Shown: positions 12,301-24,600 of the stretch, piece after piece
How positions within the stretch are numbered: the stretch's first letter is position 1
How the letters are laid out: each line of letters starts with the position of its first letter
Assembly (NCBI GenBank): GCA_951406725.2
Contig: OX597816.1
Coordinates: 159,216,001 to 159,280,000, forward strand
Origin: Octopus vulgaris
Lineage: Eukaryota
Direction of reading: 5' to 3'
Length of the DNA: 64,000 nucleotides
The notes under the pieces: model-generated
What the model was told of the DNA's origin: nothing
The model's database searches: none
The model's input: only the letters and a program-made list of their open reading frames with translations
Translations under genes and position numbers: made by a program

Positions 12301-15300
12301 AAGGCAAAAGTAATTGTGTTTCTGAATAGAGGTTACATTAATTCCCCTCAATAGACTTGTTGACTAAAATTTAAGCAATAGGAAGATCATTTCCTCCCAG
12401 GTGAACAGCAAAATAGGAGTGGGGACAGCACGCTCTTCTCAAGCAGCCAAGTGTATCAAAATCTAAAATTAATGCAGCCACTATTTAAAAAAGCTTTCCC
12501 ATTGTGTGTTTATATATAAACATCAGACTTGCTGGCTTTGAATAACAACTTATAAGTGTTATAATTATATAGTTATAAAATATTTATAGGAAGAACTGGA
12601 ATAAAGTTAAGCTCTCAACAAAGGGAGTTCGTGAGTGGATTTCCATTCTTGGTTGTTGCTATTTCCCTTCACTTACACTATTTACCTCTTTCTAAAGGCA
12701 ATGAACACCACAAATGCTTATCCTACCTTCTCTATGAATTTTAAGCTCTGTTCTCATGTAAGCAATCAATATTGTTGATGAAATGTATTTCCTTTAAAAT
12801 GTTTCAGCTGCTGAGAATCATCTATTGAACTCATTTATCAAATATTTCTTAATAAACTCATCATGCTTTAAAATAAGGACCACATGTTTAACACTGGTGT
12901 GTTGATACCAACCCATCTGCAACTACCCCTGGTTCTAAACTTGCTATTTTAAAGTAATCTAAATTAAAATCTTCCATCAAAATTTATGTTAATTTGTTCC
13001 AGATACCAGCTTAATATCACTGGTTATTTTATTATGGTCTCAAAAAAGGGTTAGAGTGATCTAAGTAGAAGCTTGCCATCAAACTCTCATGCTAATTTAT
13101 ATCCCAAACACCAGCCAACAATTCAGTGAAGAGAACACAATAAGCAGGGTCTAACTTGGAAAAATCAAGCAACAAGGCCATACAATCTGAACTGCATCAT
13201 ACAAGCAACAAGACACATCCCATTGGTTAGACATAAAATCCAACCAATAGTAAATCCATAATCCTGCAAAGCGTTCTGGTACCAAAGAAATGCAGTTGAC
13301 TCCTGAAGGTCCCAAACAGTATGAATAGCAACATAGAATGTATAAAATATATTATTACAAAATAATAACAGAAACTGAAATATAGATAAGTCCACAGTAA
13401 ATGAACTTCATGATGATGATTTTCATTGGTTCATTGTTTAAATGAAATTATGTATGGCCGATTGGTTTGAATGTTAGGCTTATGATAATAAAGTTTAATT
13501 CCTGGACCAGGCACTGTACAGTGTCTTTGAGTAAGACATTTTATTTCCAGTTTATTCTGCTGTTAAATGGGTACCTGTCTAGTGGTGCAGGTGCAGTATT
13601 CTCTCCCTCCAGCTGTCACAGACTCAGTGTTCTGCCAAGTCATAGGTATTAAGGCCAAGAGAGTGTCTATGTCTGCTCTTGACAACCTCGAAGGGTTTTA
13701 GCTGAGCAAATTGCCCCCAGTACTTATTTTTTAAAGCTTAGCACTTAGCCTAGTCTCTTTTACAAACTGCTAATTACAGAGTTACAGAAATGTAAACCAA
13801 CCAACAATAACCGTCAAGCAGTGGTAGGGGACAAACACAACGGCACACACACGCACATATATACCTGTGCCGGTGGCACGTAAAAAGCACCAGCCAATCA
13901 TGGCTGTTGCCAGCCTCACCTGGTCTCCGTGCCGGTGGCACGTAAAAAGCACCATCCGATCGTGGCCGTTTGCCAGCCCCGTCTGGCACGTAAAAAGCAC
14001 CCACTACACTCACGGAGTGGTTGGCGTTAAGAAGGGCATCCAGCCGTAGAAACATTGCCAGATCAGACTGGGCCTGGTGCAGCCTTCTGGCCTCCCAGAC
14101 CCCAGTTTAACCATCTAACCCATGCTAGCATGGAAATCGGACACTAAATGATGATGATGATGATATATATATATAGACAATAATCTTTTTTCAGTTGCCA
14201 TCAAGCAAATCTATGGTTCTCATATATACGATAACCTTCTACATTGTAAAGATGAACAGCCACTGTATTAGATCACTGATCAGATGCTGAAATTCAATTA
14301 AAACTTAACAACTCAAACTGTAGATTATTCCTTAATCATTCAGTGTTCTACAAGTTTGCCAGCTTTTCAAATATCAAGAAATAAAGTTTAAATGCTGTCC
14401 AACTGGACACTTTGACACCTTTTAGAAGCTAAAGAAGCTATTTAACAACAATAACCACTTCACAGCTAAGCAGAACAAAAGCTTTTTGATTTTTTCACAA
14501 TTAAAAAAAAACAAAAAAACATCTAAATTACTCAGTAATGATGTGTGTGACTTGATAGAACTCGTTGACAGAGACACTAATTAATGGTTGTCAAATGTAG
14601 ACACTTGATGCTTGGATGGCTTTAAATGAGGAAATGTAATCAATATATGTAAAGTTGATTAGGAGAAACTGTAACAGCCAACAACAGCTCCATGGACCAT
14701 TGTTTATGTCTTTTAATTCTTAGTTAGCATGAATGGTCTGATCTGGTTGGTCTGGTGTGGTCAGTCAACTTAGATTCATACTCGGTTAAAAAATAGCAAA
14801 AATATTTGGAGAAAGGAATTCTCAATACTAACCACTTGCATTGTTGATTCAATGTCTTTTTGAATATAGACTCCCTAGATCTGAACCTATGACATTGACC
14901 CTTTTCATACCAAACAATTTGAGCCCAACCTAGTTCCATGATAAAGCATTACTGTTTTAACCCATAAGTATTTAAAGTGGCCACATCAGGCCCAAATAGT
15001 CCTCCTGTTTTATGTTCAAACTTTCTATAATCAAGTCAAGATAACTTTCTATTTGGTTACCTAACCTGCTAGTAATAGTAGCCAAATCGCCTTTAAATTG
15101 TCCCCAACTATCATAAATAAGGTAAGGACATAGAAAATGTAATGCTGGCTACATAGCTGTAAAGAACAAAAAAATGATTGATCACAGCAGGAATACCTTT
15201 GACCACAGATCTATTCAACCTAGGGTTAAACAACAGTTCCTTACAACCAATATTGACTCTTTAATTCCTTATGGTCAGTAGAAACTCAATCCGATTCCTT

Positions 15301-15384
15301 ATGATCCCAACATCAGTAGGAACTTTAATCCAATTCTCTATAATATGCCTGTATTGAAATAATCATTTGGGTATGTCTTTCCTG

Positions 15385-15674
15385 AGGAAAACAGCACAGC
15401 TCCCGTGACTTTCGGAAACATTTTTTCACACTCAAAGTTGAAGCATGGAACAAACTACCTGCATCAGTTGTTAGCTGCCAAGACATTGCATCCTTTAAAA
15501 CCTCCATGCTTCCTGAAATTCACCAACACTACACCTGATATCCCCTACTCCATATGCATCCACACATGTATATCATGACTCATACACTATTCACTTTTCT
15601 GACTTTTGTACATAATTCTATGTACTGTACATGCACCTGAGCACTATACACAATGATTTCATTATTATTATTAT
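15385..15674 (+). mobile_element. 3' end of CR1/L2-type LINE
   Basis: Encodes RKHFFTL...AWNKLPASVVSC...SFK, followed by 3' UTR and (ATT)n tail. Confidence 0.7.
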
Positions 15675-16865
15675 TTAAAATAAGGGAAGTGACTGCAATA
15701 AACTATGCTTGCATACACAGCTTATTTACACATTAACAAGATCCTTTAACTATTATAAGATGCTAAAAAAGAAGAGAGGGTTTATCTCTACAAAAATATT
15801 TTTATCTTTTCCTCAAGATTTAGAATGATTTTTTCTTGAAAATTTAAATAACATTGTGCTGATGCCACATAAAAAGCACCCAGTACACTCTGTAAAGTGG
15901 TTGGTGTTAAGAAGGGCATCCAGCCACAGAAAGCATGCCAAAATAGACAATGATGCCTGGTGCAACCCTCTGTCTTGCCAGCTCCTATCAAACCACTCAA
16001 CCCATGTACCCCATGAAAAACAAATGTTAAATGATGATGAACCATAAATATGGTTCTGTTTTCTTCAATTTAGAAACATCAATGGACTTCATCTCCAAAT
16101 ATTGAAATATTGGCAAAAGAGGTTCTTCAACAAACTCTCATTTGCATTTCATATTCTGATTGTATAACCTTGAATAGCAGCTTTGTTCCCCTAATTCAAA
16201 TGTGTCCAAGGATTTACTGAATTCATTTATCATGGAAACATCCCAAAAGATATTTTCTCTTTCTGAAATTGAATTTTTTCTTTTGAAACTGCATTACTTT
16301 TCTTGAAAAATTACATCATCATCATCATCATTTAACGTCCGCTTTCCATGCTAGCATGGGTTGGACAATTTTGACTGAGGACTGGCGAACCAGATAGCTG
16401 CACCAGGCTCCAATCTTGATCTGGCAGAGTTTCTACAGCAGGATGCCCTTCCTAACGCCAATCACTCCAAGAGTGTAGTGGATGCTTTTTACGTGCCACT
16501 GGCACGGGGCCAGTCAGGCGGTACTGGCAACGACCTCGCTCGAATCTTTTTACACATGCCACTGGCACAGGTGCCATTAAGGCGACGCTGGTTACAAAAA
16601 ACAAAGAAGTAAAATAAAATAAAAATATAAACAGATTAAACATACATCAATAGGTTAGTAAATAGATTTGGCTTTTATTGGTGGTTAAAGAGAAAAAAAA
16701 AACTAAATATTATTTAAAAAATGAGGTGATGAAATTTGTTGATCCCAACTGTAGGTTTTGAGAATGCCACAGCCAGAGCCTGCTTAACCAGGCTCAGTAA
16801 TTAATGATAAACTATAAGGAACTAATTCCTTTCGATTAATGTCAGCAAGTTTTGAAGAGATGATT

Positions 16866-17245
16866 TCAAATAGAAAGAGTATTTATACTAGTTGTAGCAG
16901 AAGAACTAATGCTAAGTGATGTGGGGACTTCGCTTGTAGTTGCTGTAGTAACTGTTGTAGGTGTGGTAGCTCCATTGTCAACTGAAACATTTAGAGATAC
17001 AGTAGATGCAGAACTAGTTGCAGACGGTAGAGAAACAGCAGTACTGGAAGGTAATGAAGTTGTCGGGCATTGCAAAGGTTGTGTTAAAACATCGTCGCAT
17101 TCTTCCATTTTCAGAATTTCATTCTTGTATTTTAGTATTGTCTCTTTGCTTTGTTTTAAGCGTTCATTTAATTCAGCTATTTCATAACGGATTTTATTTT
17201 TAGCATTCAAGATATTGTTGACTGTTTTCTCTCGTTTTTCTTCAA
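16866..17245 (-). CDS. YEATS4: YEATS4 terminal coding exon (coiled coil plus Ser/Thr-rich tail)
   Basis: ttctttacag|TT, in frame with ORF 16866..17210, stop TGA at 16868-16866. Confidence 0.93.
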
Positions 17246-18589
17246 CTGTAAAGAAGGAAAAAGTTACATCAAGTTTACAGAGAAATCCACGAAACAGTTT
17301 AACATTTACATTCTACATGTTTTATATCAGGCACAGGCATAGCTGAGATACAGTTAGAGCTGAATCACAGGGTGGGTCAAGGAACAAGCATGGTCAAAAT
17401 GATTTTAAAGTTAGAAATTTATGAGCGTCAGCCACATTTTTCTTTTTACTTAGAGGAAAGTGAGTCCCCATGACCCTTTCCAAGGTTTCCAAGATGGATA
17501 GGAGGAAATGAGGAAGTTATTCTCAAACCAGAGATATTGCAAAAATGCTTGCAACAGAGTGGATTCTGATAAAAAAAAATATCCAAGGATCAAATGATGG
17601 TATTTAACTGTGAAACATCAAGTATGTATCACTCAAGAACAAGAAGAGTCATTTTAAAAGGTTTCCAAACAGCCATTACACATCATAATTCAATGTCTGT
17701 TTTCCATGTTGGAATGGGTTGGGCAGTTTAACAGGAGCTGATGAAACAGAAGACTGCCAAATTCTAGTGGTATGGTTTCTAAGGCTGGATACCATTCCTA
17801 AAACCATCCTCTTTACACAGTGTATTGGTTGCTTTTTTTCACATGGCACTGGCACTAGTCAGATCATCGAATAACACACAAGACTCAGTGGGGAGCAGTA
17901 CTGAGGGAGGTGGCTTTATACCAGGTAATGAGAGGCCAAAAAAAAATTGAAGGACAGGTACAGGTGTCTTGCTGTATGGAGATACATGGTTACTGTCAGT
18001 TGAATTTTGCTCACAAAGCTTTGGTCAAGCTGAGAGTATGGAAAACATACTCAAAGTGCTGTGCAATGTGATTGAACATGGAATTATTACATCAAATCTA
18101 TATGAATTGTTTATATACAATGCCTCTACCACTCACCAAACCTATACATTTACATATCTGTCACATCAGATCAATATACCTTTTATATTCATGCCTCCTC
18201 CATATCAAATTTATATGCCATTTATATACATCCACACCAAATCTATATATCATTTATATACATGCTTCCACTATTTCCAATCTATATATCATTTATAATA
18301 TTTCCCCTATATCAAATTAATGTCATTTAATTACAATACTTCTATCACAATAAATCTGTATGATGCTTAAAATAGCTGAGATATTCTCTATATTTGAGAG
18401 ATTAAAAGAAACTGCTGGCAAATACTTACAGTCATTTTCATGGCGATACGTTCCCATCATAATGGGACGAACATTGGTTAATAATTGGTGCATCATTTGG
18501 GTTGGATCTTGAAACATCTGCAACAAAGGAACCATCAGAAATGAAACAGAGAAGTTCTCTTCAAAATATAGTCATAAACAATGTTGAAA

Positions 18590-18628
<39 letters not shown>

Positions 18629-21600
18629 GTGAGAGAGCTGAGCTTGCCATCAAAGTGATACTGGGGTAAAATATACAAAGCCCAGTATATGCATCATAAC
18701 TACCCGTCTGATAAGGGTACACCAGATACATGCATTACAACTATATGTGCACAACATGGTGATCTCACATCAAAATAAACAGCACATGACCTTGCAAGTG
18801 GGGCCCAGTTAAAATTTTCTTCGGGTCAAGTAACCCATCCCACTTAAATGGTCCGTGAATAAGGGTTGTTTAAACATAAAACAGGTAGAATATTTGGATC
18901 AGATATGGCCGGCTTGAATGCTAAATGGTTAAAAGCAGTGAGAGATTAAGCCTACCACCCAAGAACAGGTTTCTGCCCACCCACTTTTATTCTCAAGGTT
19001 TAAGTTGACCCATAGGCTGTAGTAAAAAAGATTTGTCCAAGGGTGAACCCGAAACCAAATACTTGTAAAATGAAATTCTTAAACCCCACAGCTATAGCAA
19101 GGAAATAGAAATAGTTAACTAACACTACGATTAAGGCAGCGAGGTGGCAGAATTGTTAGCACACTGGGCAAAATGCTTAGCAGTATTTCACCCATCTTTA
19201 CGTTCTGAGTTCAAATTCTGCCTTTCATCCTTTCAGGGGTTGATAAATTAAGTACCAGTGAAATACTGGAGGTCTATGTAATTGACTAGTCCCCACCCAC
19301 CAAATTTGAGGCCTTGTGCTACCAATAGAAAGGATTACAATCATCATCATTGCTTACATGGGGTCAGGTGGAGATTTCCTAGGCTGGATGCCCTTTCCTG
19401 TTGCCAACTCTTTCTTACCTGTTTCCAGGCCAGACATATTTTCATTCATCATCATCATCATCATTGTTTAACGTCCATTTTCCATGCTGGCATGGGTTGG
19501 ACGGTTTGACTGGGGTCTGTGAAGCCAGGAGGCTGCACCAGGCCCCAATCTGATCTGGCAGTGTTTCTACAGCTGGATGCCCTTCCTAACACCAACCACT
19601 CCAAGAGTGTAGTGGGTGCTTTTTACATGCCACAAGGGGCCAGAGGAACTGGCATCGACCACAATCAGATGCTGCTTTTTACATGACACCGGCACAGAAG
19701 CCAGTCAAGGTGGCACTGGCATCAACTATGTTCAGACGGTGCCTTTTACATGATACCGGCACAGAACTAAGACAAGGAAACAAACATATGCATACATTCA
19801 TACACCTACACACACGACAGGCTTTTCCATTTCAGGCAACCAGATCCACTTACAAGGCTTTGGTGTCATCCTGGAGAAGACACTTGCCTAAGGTGCCACA
19901 ATGCAAATAAACCTAAAACCATGTAGTTGGGAAGCAAACTTCTTAACCAAGTGCACCTATCCAATACCTGTACCTATGATTAAATTGAAAATTATTTAAA
20001 ATAATATCGTAATATGCTTGAAGTTTTGTAGTATGTGTAAATGAGATGTTTGCAAATACTTTAGGGAATTGTTTTCTGAATTATCATAAGCTCATTAAAC
20101 AACATACATAGGATAATACCAGATCTTTTCTCTGTATTTTCATTCATTGATATCACCTTACTTCTTTTGCTTAACTCCTCACCTGCATTATTTGTGGTTT
20201 GCTGTGACAGATACCCTAGTTTTAGATTAGATAATAGGTGCACTGTATTCCTGCCTGATGTAAGAAGGGGGCTAAAAAATATAGGTAACAAGAAGGGCAT
20301 CTGATTGTAAAAACATTACCTAAAAGTTGGTAACTATGATGAGTATGATTAAACTGTTATGAGACCCACAAGACTAATAATCCTAATTGTTGCAAAGAAA
20401 ACAGCCTTAAAATGTTTGCTGTACCGATGGGAAATATAGACTTACCAATTCATCATAGAATTCACAAACTAATGATTTCTTTCCCAACATAATGTCTGTC
20501 TCACTTTGGAATAATTTTAATAAATGATACAGTGTTACCTGAAAGAAAAAGAGAAAAAAAATATTAAAAAAACAAGTCAATAGAATGAGGTGTGATTTGG
20601 TGGATGGGGATGGAAGAAAAATTGAAAAGGGTCTTTCAAAGTACCATATTTTAACACACATAAGGAACCCTTTTTTTGTCAAAAATAAGGTTAAAAAATA
20701 TGGGAGTTTCTTATACATGGATAGTATTATAATCCCTTACAAAACCTTTTTTCCAAATTTTAAGCCCAGAAAATTAGGGGTTTCTTTATACACAAGGGTT
20801 CTTTATACACGTTAAAATACAGTAATTTGTCTTGTGAAATCTGCATCAACCAAAATCTAAAAAATTAAAAATACCTAGCAGGATTTCAGTTAGTTTTAAT
20901 AACAGCTAAGGACACTTCATAGATGATAGAATGGTCTACGAATAGGACATGTTAATAAATACGTTTCCTAATGTTAACCACTGGAATATTATTATTAAAT
21001 GATACAGATTTTCAAAAAGGGTTCTTTGAACAAATTACTGGACCTCATAAATTCTGTGCCATGTAAAAAGCACCCTGTACATTCTGTAAAATGGTTCATG
21101 TTAGGAAGGACATACAGCCATAGAAAGCCATTCCAAAACAGATAATTGAGGCCTGGTACAGCTCCCCAGGTGTTCAGTTCTGGTCAAACTGTCCAACCCA
21201 TGCCAGCATGAACAACAGACATTAAATGATGATAATGATGGACATATCAGAACAGTTAACTGCAATTATAATAGCCATCTATGTATCATGCTTAATTACA
21301 GTTTAAAATACTATAGTTTTTGTCCAAGATAAAATCTCTTATAGACATACTGTCATAAAAAAACATGACATATTTGAAGGAAGACATAAAACTGTCTTGG
21401 CAGTGGCAAGAAAGAATACCAGATGCATTTTTGTCTTCTTGAGCATTGTCAATGAAGTGTTCTTGTTAGTCACACGCCTTAGAGGAAATTTGTTGCTTCC
21501 TATATAGGAAACAATGAATAATGAATAACTGCCAGGCTGTATAAAAATCTGGTGTACACACTCGAAGCAGCATTAAATTAAAATAGCCAACCAAATTCGA

Positions 21601-24600
21601 TGACTGGCACCCGTGCCAGTGGAGTGCTAACAGCTCCATCCGAGCGGGATCACTGCCAGAGCAGCTGTCTGGCTTTCGTGCCGGTGGCATGTAAAAAGCA
21701 CCATTTGAGCGTGATTGATACCAGCATCACTTTACTGGCACTTGTGCAGGTGGCACATGAACAGAACATTCGAGTGAGTTCGTTGCCAGTGCCGCTGGAC
21801 TGACTCCTGTGCAGGTGGCATGTAAAAAAACACCATTTCGAGTGTGGCCGTTACCAGTACCGCCAGACTGGCCCTCATGCCGGTGGCACGTAAAAGCACC
21901 CACTACTCTCTCGGAGTGGTTGGCGTTAGGAAGGGCATCCAGCTGTAGAAACTCTGCCAAATCAGATTGGAGCCTGGCGCAGCCATCTGGTTCGCCAGTC
22001 CTCAGTCAAATCGTCCAACTCATGCTAGCATGGAAAGCAGACGTTAAATGATGATGATGATGATGATGAATAAAGCAAGAAGGCAACAAAGCATCAATGT
22101 TCTCCCTAGCCACTGTCAGGAGGATTTGTCATCTTCCTCCAGTTTAACACAGCACATTCATAACAGTATAGAGGTAGACCACAATATCTTGCCTGTCGAC
22201 AGTGTATATATGATAAATATGATACAAAGTAGGATATATTAATTTAATATTGCTTCAATTGCATACAAAAGATTTTTAACACCAATTATACCCAAGGGAT
22301 AAAAATCATTTCTCAAGAACTACAAGGAATTGTTTCCAATGTTAGACCATTTTTCCGGGGTTGATATAATCAACTGTAAATTCCATCAAATGTGTGACCT
22401 CATGGCCATGTTAAAAACCAATATTATAATCAAACATTCAGCAGTGACCTCAGTGAAATTTGACAATCTCGAAGACTATTCTATTTGTTCTAACTGGCCT
22501 ATTTCATGACTATTGAGTGTAGTAATTTTGCTAACAGAAAAAACACTACCACCAAATGACATGGGAGACCACCCTGCTTTACTTAATTCACTGCTTCAAC
22601 AAGACACCTGCTCCTGTTCCTCTATTATACTTTCATATTGCACAATAGTATATTCCACTCAGTTGAGGGTTCTTGTCTTGTGAGTACTCGGTGACCTCAC
22701 CAGTATTGATGCCATGAAAGGCAGCGAGCTGGCAGAAACGTTAGCATGCCGGGCGAAATGCTTTGCAGTATTTCATCTGTCTTTATGTTCTGAGTTCAAA
22801 TTATGCCGAGGTCGATTTTGCCTTTCATCCTTTCAGGGTACCAGTTACGCACTGGGGTCGATGTAATCGACTTAATACCTTTGTCTGTCCTTGTTTGTCC
22901 CCTTGTGGGCAATAAAGAAATAAGTATTGATGCCATGAAAAAGCACCCAGCTGTAAAAACCATGCCAACCCATGCCGGCATGGAAAAGGGACATTAAATG
23001 ATGATGATGATGATAGCAGGCTATTTCAACATCATCATATTTTGGGATGATATCTCACTGTCAATAAAGACATCAGTTGTGGCCTATTCTGGGTTTGGTT
23101 ATATTATAAATGGTGTGCTTCTTGGCAGTACAACTTTCCTTGTGAACAAGAATGCTAAAGTGTTAGACCAATTATGTAAATATTACTGTAGGTGTGCTGT
23201 GTATAAGAAGCTTGCTTCTCAGCCACATGGTTCCAGGTTCAGTCCCACTGTGTGACACCTTGGGCAAAAGTCTTGTTATAGCTTGGAGCCGATCAAAGCC
23301 TTGTGAGTGGATTTGGTAGATAGAAACTGAAAGAAGCATGTCGTGTGTGTGTGTCTCCCACCAATACTTGACAACTGGTGCTGGTGTTAAAATCCCTGTA
23401 ACTTAGCAAAAGAGACCAATAGAATAAGTAACCAGGCTTAAACATTTTTTTAAAAAAATTAATGACTCCTGTCGATCCATTCAACTAAAAATTCTTTAAG
23501 GCAATGCCCCAGGATGGCAACAATCTAATGACTGAAACAAGTAAAAGATAAAGATTATCATTTAGTTCAATTCAATTTTAGGCTGTCTCCAACCCATTTT
23601 TATAGGGTTTTGCTCCAAATGTATTCTAATGCTTCTGGAGTTTTATTTCTATGTAAATTGTGAATTAACATAAAAAGATTAAAGATAATCTTCTTCAGTA
23701 TTGAGAAAAACTGCCACTTTTCTCAGCTGAATTTAATAACTTTCTCTCTAAAAGCAGGGAAATAACTTTGTCTTGCTTTGTTTTACATAAGTAATCAACA
23801 AACAGACAGAACAAGTGAAATAAACTATGAAAGTCACTGGTCATTAAACATTAAACAATATTAAATCTGGCAATGATGGTTTTTATCAGTTATTAATACT
23901 ATTCCCATGGTCCTTTGTTGCTTAATGCAAAACACACCAATAATATACCACTACTATCATTTTATTCAGACAATTAGACTGGAAGGGTCATGAAACACTA
24001 ATGGACTGAGGAAATTTACAAATATCTAAATAATCCTAAGAGTAGTGTATTGTTGGTAGAGATGGTGATGATAGTGATTGCTGATAAAGGCAATGAGAAT
24101 GGTGGTGATTATGATGAAGCTGATGATGATATAGCTCGGTCAACTTTTTAGAAGTAATGGGGGGAAAAGACAAGAATGTTGTTGATATTTTACTTACAGG
24201 TCTTTCATTACTGTCATTGAAATAAATCTTAATAACCACTTCAAATTCACCCCATCCTGTTTCTGTGACTTCGTAGGGAGGTTTTGTAACAACTGGAAAA
24301 GAGACAAAATATCATTTACAAACAGCCAAGCAAAAGGCAGACATAAGTAGTCTACAAGAGATAAATACAAGTTTGGTTGTGGGGTTAAGATGTTTACTTT
24401 GCCACTGTGTGATTCTGAGGTCAATCCCAGTGCCTTAGGCAAGTATACTACTGAATCTACAATGTATTTAGAGAAGTTCCAAACATGTAAGCAAACCATA
24501 GAATTGAGAAGTCTTGAAGTAAACTTCTCAAAGTCTGAAGTTTTGTTATGTATAAAAGAAGATTAGACCTTGCTAACATCAGGGAAACAGTTGTGTTTGA

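Noticed and set aside
13866-14000. Repeat-spacer pattern resembling a CRISPR array
   Set aside because: Eukaryotic context, no cas genes, degenerate repeats internal to a dispersed retroposon
16909-17187. 92-aa plus-strand Val-rich ORF
   Set aside because: Antisense shadow of the YEATS4 Ser/Thr-rich tail
21600-22051. Many 60-125-aa ORFs of the type [11 protein letters not shown] / [12 protein letters not shown] (here and at ~6133, 13774, 28610, 47310, 50754, 61429, 63457)
   Set aside because: All are translations of the family C SINE; they recur in every copy with different breaks
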